Assembly: GCA_030059675.1 (NCBI GenBank)
Contig: JANVYQ010000002.1
Coordinates: forward strand, 96,001-160,000
Origin: Candidatus Pelearchaeum maunauluense
GTDB taxonomy: Archaea > Thermoproteota > Nitrososphaeria_A > Caldarchaeales > Caldarchaeaceae
DNA: 64,000 nt
Reading direction: 5' to 3'
Positions 57,758 through 64,000 of this stretch are shown piece after piece (positions within the stretch are counted from its first letter, which is position 1; every line of letters begins with the position of its first letter). Both the position numbers and the translations under genes were made by a program. Under the pieces are notes generated by a model that saw only the letters and a program-made list of their open reading frames with translations, was not told the DNA's origin and made no database searches.

Positions 57758-59461
57758 ATGCGGAGCATCACAGTCATTATAATCGTCGCACTACTCGTCG
57801 TAACAGTATTAACAATAGCTAACGCCCAGCCAGAGGGTACTCTGCTCATACAGGTATTAACGCCAGATGGAAAGGGTAAGGATGGAATAACAGTAGAAAT
57901 AAGTCGGGGAGAATTTACCCAGCAATTCGTATCCAACGCCACGGGTTGGGCTATATTCAAGAACATAGAGCCTGGAGATTATCTTGTTAAATTGGTTATG
58001 GGTGATATAATATTAAATGAGACATCGGTAAGCTTTCCAGAACAGAATGAAGTAAAGATAGTCGCCCCACTTGCTAATCTGTTAGTGAAGGTTGTTGACC
58101 TGGGCGGGAAGGAAGTTCCCAATCTTCAAGTGAAGATAACCGCGCCCTCCGAGTTACTGGTTAAGAGTAGGGGAACATCACCCCAAGGTACCGCGGTATT
58201 TGAGAACATACCATTTACGGCTGTGCCAGATATAGGTGGAAACTATAAGGTTGAAGTACTACTAGGTAATATAACGGTAGCAAGCGAAAACATAGAAGTA
58301 GACGAGCCGGCCGAAAATGCTACGCTCACAGCACAGATACTAAGCCTAAACCTAACAATAACAAATCTGGAGGGAAAGAGGCCTGTTAGGGATTTGGAGG
58401 TAGTCTTCAGCACCGAGAGGTATAACAAGACCTTTACAGCCAAGAATGGTTTTCTAAAAGCTAGTGAGATTATATCCTCAGAGCTTGTTGGGCCATATAG
58501 GATTGAGATTTTTACGCGGTTCCTTGACAAGCGTATAATGGTTTATGAGGATTCTAGGAGCTTAACGCGATATGAGGATTTTAGCGTAGTTGCAGACTTG
58601 GGTACGCTTACTGTGAATGTGGAGGATAGTGATGGAAATCCCCTGCCAGATATAACGTTACTTATGGGTAATGAGCTGGTGGGTAATTTTTCACGAATAG
58701 CGACTAGTGAGGATGGCTCTGCCGTTTTTAGAGACCTACCTCTCTCAACCACCGCCGCAGGAACTTATAGAGTCATGTTCTTTAGAGGTGCGGCCAGCCT
58801 GGGAAGCATAGATGTAGAGCTCAACAGGGCTGAGACTGCCGTGAGCTTCACAGTACCTCTCCTAAGCCTCACTCTAAAGATAACCGACTATCAAGGAAAG
58901 CCAGTAGCTGATGCGCAGGTAAAAATCATAGACCCATTCACGGAGCGTGTCAGCGAAGCAACAACAGACAGCGCTGGAGAATCAAATCATAGAATATTCC
59001 CAGGCCCTAACGATGTTGTAATAGAATATGATGGAAAGACTGTCTTCTCTAGGCGCATAGACCTACGCGATAACGAGGTAGAGCTACGCATCATGGCGAT
59101 AAACTTCCCCATAACGATAAGGGTCGTTGACGCGTTGAATAACTATGTGAGTGGTCTCACACTTCTGGTTAAGTCTGGTGACAAGGTATTGTTTGAGGGA
59201 ATGTTGGCCGGCTCTCCCATAACTATAACGCAAAGCGCTCCTAGCTATATAACTGTGGATGTGCTGAAGGCTGGGGATTTACTAGTTAGAGAGCGGCTGT
59301 TCGTGGAGGGAGCGTCTGACGTTGAAGTCAGGTTGGTTCCCTACATAGTGGCTGGCGGCGCCCTAATGCCTGTTGATACTCCCTTCCTAGCTGCGTCGGC
59401 CTTAATTCTAGTCCTACTCATAGGGCTAGCGGCCTGGAATTTTGTCAAGCGGCAACCTTAA
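57758..59461 (+). CDS. Cell-surface protein with tandem beta-sandwich (carboxypeptidase-regulatory-like) repeats and C-terminal TM
   Basis: Signal peptide, repeated VxDxxGxP...G motifs, TM anchor. Confidence 0.75.
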   Translation: MRSITVIIIVALLVVTVLTIANAQPEGTLLIQVLTPDGKGKDGITVEISRGEFTQQFVSNATGWAIFKNIEPGDYLVKLVMGDIILNETSVSFPEQNEVKIVAPLANLLVKVVDLGGKEVPNLQVKITAPSELLVKSRGTSPQGTAVFENIPFTAVPDIGGNYKVEVLLGNITVASENIEVDEPAENATLTAQILSLNLTITNLEGKRPVRDLEVVFSTERYNKTFTAKNGFLKASEIISSELVGPYRIEIFTRFLDKRIMVYEDSRSLTRYEDFSVVADLGTLTVNVEDSDGNPLPDITLLMGNELVGNFSRIATSEDGSAVFRDLPLSTTAAGTYRVMFFRGAASLGSIDVELNRAETAVSFTVPLLSLTLKITDYQGKPVADAQVKIIDPFTERVSEATTDSAGESNHRIFPGPNDVVIEYDGKTVFSRRIDLRDNEVELRIMAINFPITIRVVDALNNYVSGLTLLVKSGDKVLFEGMLAGSPITITQSAPSYITVDVLKAGDLLVRERLFVEGASDVEVRLVPYIVAGGALMPVDTPFLAASALILVLLIGLAAWNFVKRQP

Positions 59462-59506
59462 AATCCCACCGACTATGCTGTAAATCCGAGGGGCCAAGGG
59501 AAGAGT

Positions 59507-59824
59507 GTGGAGGTAACTCCTTTGAGTTGGACTCTTAGCCGAGAACCGACCCCCATCTGCAACCCGCTCTGCAGATTCTTTAGATGCGCTAAGAAGGCGT
59601 TGGATTTTAAACGCAACCCGCCGTGGTGCAACTGGGTAAATGCAGCATGCATAGGCTATAAATGCCCCTACGCCGAGTGCGTCCAGATTAAGCTCCTACA
59701 AGACGGCCGCTGTGGGCTTTTTGTGAAGCGCCGTACAGAGGAGACTGAGCATCCTGAAACAGCCCGCCTAATCCCAGCTGTGGGAGTCAAGGCGAAGAAG
59801 AAGCTTGATAAATTTGGAATCTAG
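59507..59824 (+). CDS. Small Cys-rich hypothetical protein
   Basis: 8 Cys: CNPLCRFFRC...WC...CIGYKCPYAEC...C. Confidence 0.7.
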   Translation: MEVTPLSWTLSREPTPICNPLCRFFRCAKKALDFKRNPPWCNWVNAACIGYKCPYAECVQIKLLQDGRCGLFVKRRTEETEHPETARLIPAVGVKAKKKLDKFGI

Positions 59825-59872
59825 CGGATGCGGGGATTAAGTTAAGAGGCAACAACCACACTATATCTATCC

Positions 59873-60631
59873 TTGATGAAGAGCATAAGGATAATAGGCC
59901 TAGCTGGAATACCCCTTATAAAGCCTGGGGACAGGCTAGGCTATCTAATAGTTGAAGCAGCCGAACGGATGGGAGAGTCCATTCTTGATGATGATATAAT
60001 AGTAGTTACGCATGTAGCGGTGGCAAAGGCTGAGGGATGCGTGATAGATGCTGATAGTGTTGTGGCCTCGGATTTTGCCAAGCATATAGCGGCTCTAACA
60101 GGTAAAGACCCGCGCTATGTTGAGATCATCTTAAGAAATTCTAAGACGATAGTTAAGATTAGACGCGGCGTAATCATATGCGAGACGCATCACGGCTTTG
60201 TTTGCGCTAATGCGGGCGTTGATGCCTCTAACGTTTCTGGGGGCTCTCAGTTCGCACCCATACCACCTGACCCAGATGCCTCAGCAGCTAGAATAAGACG
60301 CGAAATAGCAGAGCTCACGGGAAGAGATGTCGCAGTGATAGTGAGCGACACTCATGGACGCCCATTCAGAAAAGGAACGATAAACGTGGCTATTGGATGC
60401 AGCGGCATAGAGCCGCTCTGGGATAGACGCGGTGAAAAAGACCTATATGGGCGAGTGCTGGTGTCTAAGATAACCTGCGTAGCGGATGAAATATGTAGCG
60501 CTGCAGAGCTTGTCATGGGCCAAGCCGCTGAAGGAATACCCGCAGCAATAGTGAGGGGATATCAGTACAGGAAATCCGAAGTCTCCGCACGCGAAATAAT
60601 CAGACCAGAAGAAGAGGATATATTCCGATGA
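59873..60631 (+). CDS. cofE: Coenzyme F420-0:L-glutamate ligase
   Basis: ANAGVDASN, PPDPDASA, DTHGRPFR, ADE, DIFR. Confidence 0.92.
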   Translation: MMKSIRIIGLAGIPLIKPGDRLGYLIVEAAERMGESILDDDIIVVTHVAVAKAEGCVIDADSVVASDFAKHIAALTGKDPRYVEIILRNSKTIVKIRRGVIICETHHGFVCANAGVDASNVSGGSQFAPIPPDPDASAARIRREIAELTGRDVAVIVSDTHGRPFRKGTINVAIGCSGIEPLWDRRGEKDLYGRVLVSKITCVADEICSAAELVMGQAAEGIPAAIVRGYQYRKSEVSAREIIRPEEEDIFR

Positions 60632-61326
60632 ACCAGCGCATAATCAGCGAAGTTCTGGTAGCAGTTCTCCAGCTCTCCAAAAATGGAGCAACACCAACTC
60701 CCAATGCTATAGCCGAGCTGGCTGGCGTTGGGAGAGAGTTAGTAACTGAGGCTATTAGAATGTATGTTCCAAATCTAGAAATTTTATCACCTGACACGCG
60801 GGTAGAGTTAATGCTTGAGGCCGTCAAGCTTGGTTATGAGCCTGAAAGAGTAGCCCGCTACCTGGATTGGCGGGAGATGGAGGCATATACAGCCAAGATT
60901 GTTGAAAAAATAGGATACAAGCCGCTGAGGAACGTTAGATTCAAAAGACTGGGAAAACGATTTGAAGTTGATGTGCTCGCTGTAAAGGAGTATGGCGCGA
61001 TTGTTTTAGATTGTAAGCGTTGGAAGAATAGACTAGTAGGAAAGACTTTACGGAGTGTTGTTGAGAGGCATAAGGCTAGAACAGAAGCCCTTGTAAGCCT
61101 TCTTGAAAACGCGCTAACGGGGAGGAATATGGTGAGTTTTCTCCCAACAATACTAACGCTATACGAGCCTGAGACTAGAATGGCTGAAGGATGCTATATA
61201 GTTCCAATACATACATTCATGAGCTTCCTATCTAATGCTGACGCTATAATAGTTGTTGAAGGAATACGAACAAACCTAAGAAAAGGATGGACAGAAGAAC
61301 TACGAGTCTCCTCTCTCCTTATATAG
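60628..61326 (+). CDS. HTH plus PD-(D/E)XK (Mrr-like) nuclease domain protein
   Basis: WxEME, EVDVLA, LDCKRW. Confidence 0.7.
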   Translation: MNQRIISEVLVAVLQLSKNGATPTPNAIAELAGVGRELVTEAIRMYVPNLEILSPDTRVELMLEAVKLGYEPERVARYLDWREMEAYTAKIVEKIGYKPLRNVRFKRLGKRFEVDVLAVKEYGAIVLDCKRWKNRLVGKTLRSVVERHKARTEALVSLLENALTGRNMVSFLPTILTLYEPETRMAEGCYIVPIHTFMSFLSNADAIIVVEGIRTNLRKGWTEELRVSSLLI

Positions 61327-61339
61327 ACCCAAACCCCAC

Positions 61340-61843
61340 ATGCATAACGCCTTGGACAGGCTTTGGGCCCCTTGGAGAATGGCTTACATAAAGTCAGCAA
61401 AAGAAAACGACGAAGAATGTATCTTCTGCGTAAAACCAAAGCAAAATAAAGATGAAGAGAATCTAATCCTCAAGCGGGGGGAGAAGGCTTTCATAATAAT
61501 GAATAGATTTCCCTATAATAATGGTCATGTTATGGTAAGCCCATATAGACATGTGGCCAGCATGGTGGATTTAGACGATGAGGAGGGGCTTGAAGTTATG
61601 AAGCTTATTAGTCTATCTATCCGCGCTTTGACCGAGGCGCTTAACCCTGATGCGTTTAATATCGGTATAAACTTGGGCCGCGTAGCTGGCGCTGGAATTG
61701 CCGACCATGTTCATATTCATGTGGTCCCGCGCTGGCAGGGTGATACGAACTTCATGACAGTTATAGCAGATACGAAGGTAATGCCCGAACTATTGGAAGA
61801 AACTTACAGAAAGCTACTCAACGCCATCATGAAGCTCGGCTAA
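61340..61843 (+). CDS. HIT-family hydrolase
   Basis: LWAPWR, CIFC, HVHIHVVPRW. Confidence 0.93.
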   Translation: MHNALDRLWAPWRMAYIKSAKENDEECIFCVKPKQNKDEENLILKRGEKAFIIMNRFPYNNGHVMVSPYRHVASMVDLDDEEGLEVMKLISLSIRALTEALNPDAFNIGINLGRVAGAGIADHVHIHVVPRWQGDTNFMTVIADTKVMPELLEETYRKLLNAIMKLG

Positions 61844-62950
61844 TACCGCCAAGGCTGTAGCGCATCCAGTTCTAAAAGGCTTAGGCCCCCTCCCGCTTTC
61901 ATTATCAGGATTAACCCACTCATAAAGACAGTACTTCACAACGCTACGCATTATGCGCCAAGACTCTTCTATGAAGCCAAGTCGGTTAAGGACGAGTGCA
62001 TGCATGCTGGAGAACCATGGCCAGAAAGCTCCGTTATGATAGGTGCCCCATTTTCTTGAGCGCCAGCTACTTATGGGAAGTTGCGGATGAACCACGCGTG
62101 GGCCTATTTTATCATCTAGCTTCTTTGAGAGCTGCTTCACAATATCCTCGGACTCTACATGCTCGGCGGCTAATACGGTGTCTTGCCAAACATGCTTTTT
62201 ATATGCTCTTAATCCAACAACCCCTACTGGCTCACTGCTATCAAGCTTGAATGTCTTAACAACAGCTTTCCGAGTCTCACGATAAACATCATACCATTCC
62301 TCGCGTTTCCCGTCAACCTCGGCTAGGGAGCGGAGGGCAGAAAGCCAGCAGACATTAGAGTAGAGAACTTTTCCATATCTATAAGCGGTATCCATCCAGT
62401 CCTCGTTAGGCCCCTGCTCAAGAACCATATCACCATCAACATCCTTATTCAAGAGAGCTGTTGCGGCGTTTTCAACAAGAGGTAAAAGCTCACTACGCTT
62501 CGTAGGCGAATCAACTTGCCTCAAAAACCTACAAGTGATGTCTATCATTAGTGCTGTGGAATCTATGTCGGGCTCCGCGCCATAAACTTATGGGCAGGCC
62601 TTGAGTATAGTTGTGGGGAGGATGCCTTGGAAGCGTTTCTTAAACTCGCGGCCTGCTATTTTGTATGGCACGAATGTATTTCGGCTTCTTCCAGCCACTA
62701 TCAAGGAGGACTCGCGTATTCTATGCATCCATATTTCGCTACACGCATTTAGCCCACGCTCATACTCGCCCAGAGCAAGCCAGCCATAGAGGATAAAAGC
62801 GGCATCCCGCGGCCATATGCCGAGATAGCCAGCCCCAGGTGTTATGCTACTCAGTATAAACCTGCCTAGGAAATGGTGTAGATATTCTAACCAACTGTCA
62901 TATGGTCTCTCCAATACCTTATCTATCTGCTGTTGTACGGCTTGAATCAT
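61814..62950 (-). pseudogene. (alpha/alpha)6 glycoside hydrolase (amylo-1,6-glucosidase-like) split by an in-frame TAA
   Basis: WPRD, DWMDT, YHNGAFWPW; ...KACP*VYGAEPDIDSTALM... in frame at 62588-62590. Confidence 0.65.
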
Positions 62951-62976
62951 CTCACTACTCTCTAGCTGTGTCTCCT

Positions 62977-64000
62977 CTACGCGCTCGCTGTGCAGCCCTC
63001 AACACCATCTAACGGATATGCATTATCCTCATTACCGGCCTGCCGCATTCTGCTGAGCTGCTCCTGGTAATACCGCGAGCTTGGGTCTGCTAATAGAACA
63101 ACCCGACTAGGCTCATCATCAGCTATTACTATGTAGCCCAGCTCTGAGGCAAGCTCGTTGGCGAATACTCTAATCTCATTCATGCTTGGCATGGCTTTGC
63201 GCGGAAGCCTCTTTTGCGACTCACCAACATGCATATAACCTTTACATTCCACAAAATCTGGCTGCGCTATCCTAATAAGCTCGGCGTATTTCGCTGTAGA
63301 GTGCATATTATAGCCCTTAACCAGCGTAAGCCTAATCACCTTACGAGAGCTGAATCCACGCATTATCTCCAAGCTACGTAGTATCCTCTCCCAGCTATCG
63401 GGTATAAGCGGCTTATTAGTCCTTAGATGGCTCTCCTTATCGGGGCCATAGAGGCTTATGTAAAGGCTTGTCGGCTGGGCTTTTTCACGTAGCTCCAATA
63501 GGCGCTCAGGCATTGTTCCATTTGTAACTAAGAATGTGGTCATGCCGCGGCGTGTCGCTTCTTGAATAAACTCGGCAAGCTTAGGATAAAGTGTAGGCTC
63601 CCCATCAAGCGAGATGGCAATATGCTTAGGCTCCATAGCTTCTATAAACTTCTCCCTACTAACTTTCGGATTCCCCTTAAACCCTGAGAGCAGCTGCCTC
63701 TGTGCCTTGATAGCCTCGTCAAGAATCGCTACAGGCTCGTCCCACCGCCCATCATAGGGCGCTACCCTGTTGGGCGTATGGAAACGCCAGCAGAAAACAC
63801 ACATAAGATTACAGTACTGGACGCTTGGGGTTAGCTGGATGCAACGATGGCTATCTATACCATACCAGCTCTTATAGCACATCTTTCCCCCGCGGAGAGC
63901 GGACTTTGTCCAGTGGCAGACCTTTACGGCTGAGTGTTTCCCTATTATTCGGTAGCCTGACTGCTTAAACCTCTCCACATCCCTAATTTCACTTCGCGCC
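62977..64000 (-). CDS. taw1: 4-demethylwyosine synthase Taw1/TYW1 (5' end may lie beyond the window)
   Basis: HSAVKVCHW, CYK, CNLMCVFCWR, GEPTLYP, LVTNG. Confidence 0.93.
   Translation of the reverse strand, partial: ARSEIRDVERFKQSGYRIIGKHSAVKVCHWTKSALRGGKMCYKSWYGIDSHRCIQLTPSVQYCNLMCVFCWRFHTPNRVAPYDGRWDEPVAILDEAIKAQRQLLSGFKGNPKVSREKFIEAMEPKHIAISLDGEPTLYPKLAEFIQEATRRGMTTFLVTNGTMPERLLELREKAQPTSLYISLYGPDKESHLRTNKPLIPDSWERILRSLEIMRGFSSRKVIRLTLVKGYNMHSTAKYAELIRIAQPDFVECKGYMHVGESQKRLPRKAMPSMNEIRVFANELASELGYIVIADDEPSRVVLLADPSSRYYQEQLSRMRQAGNEDNAYPLDGVEGCTASA

Noticed and set aside
59461-59470. AAATCCCACC matching the tRNA-Ser T-arm as a possible att site
   Set aside because: Only about 10 nt, and the enclosed region is core genes.
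1-64000. CRISPR array, IS element, rRNA or intein
   Set aside because: No regularly spaced repeats, transposase, rRNA or intein-sized insertion seen by eye.

Overview
Chromosomal segment of an archaeon, most likely a thermophilic TACK/Thermoproteota lineage; an Aigarchaeota/Caldarchaeales-like identity is my inference from gene content. Core genes include priL, an ATP-dependent DNA ligase, asnS, EF-2, TBP, the proteasome/exosome superoperon (psmA-SBDS-rrp4-rrp41-rrp42-rpl37ae-pcc1-pfdB-DHH) followed by an ECF transporter, a complete lipA-E1a-E1b-E2-E3-lipB 2-oxoacid dehydrogenase operon, cofE, taw1, and a molybdenum-hydroxylase cluster (moeA, xdhC, coxE, coxD, coxM, coxS, coxG) with no large subunit in this window. 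Non-coding RNAs are tRNA-Ser(UGA) and two C/D-box guide sRNAs. An AT-richer, largely pseudogenised island lies between coxG and fusA (~26.94-33.3 kb). The core genes flanking it carry mirror-image wobble-position bias: A/C-ending codons at the end of coxG, and a 105-codon almost purely G/T-ending tract inside fusA. Several microproteins missed by the ORF track were read directly (a poly-Glu/Phe peptide, a Zn-ribbon, a GatC/AtzG-like amidase partner, a wHTH), as was a membrane-anchored wHTH sensor next to a secreted coiled-coil hairpin protein. All family assignments come from motif recognition, not database searches.
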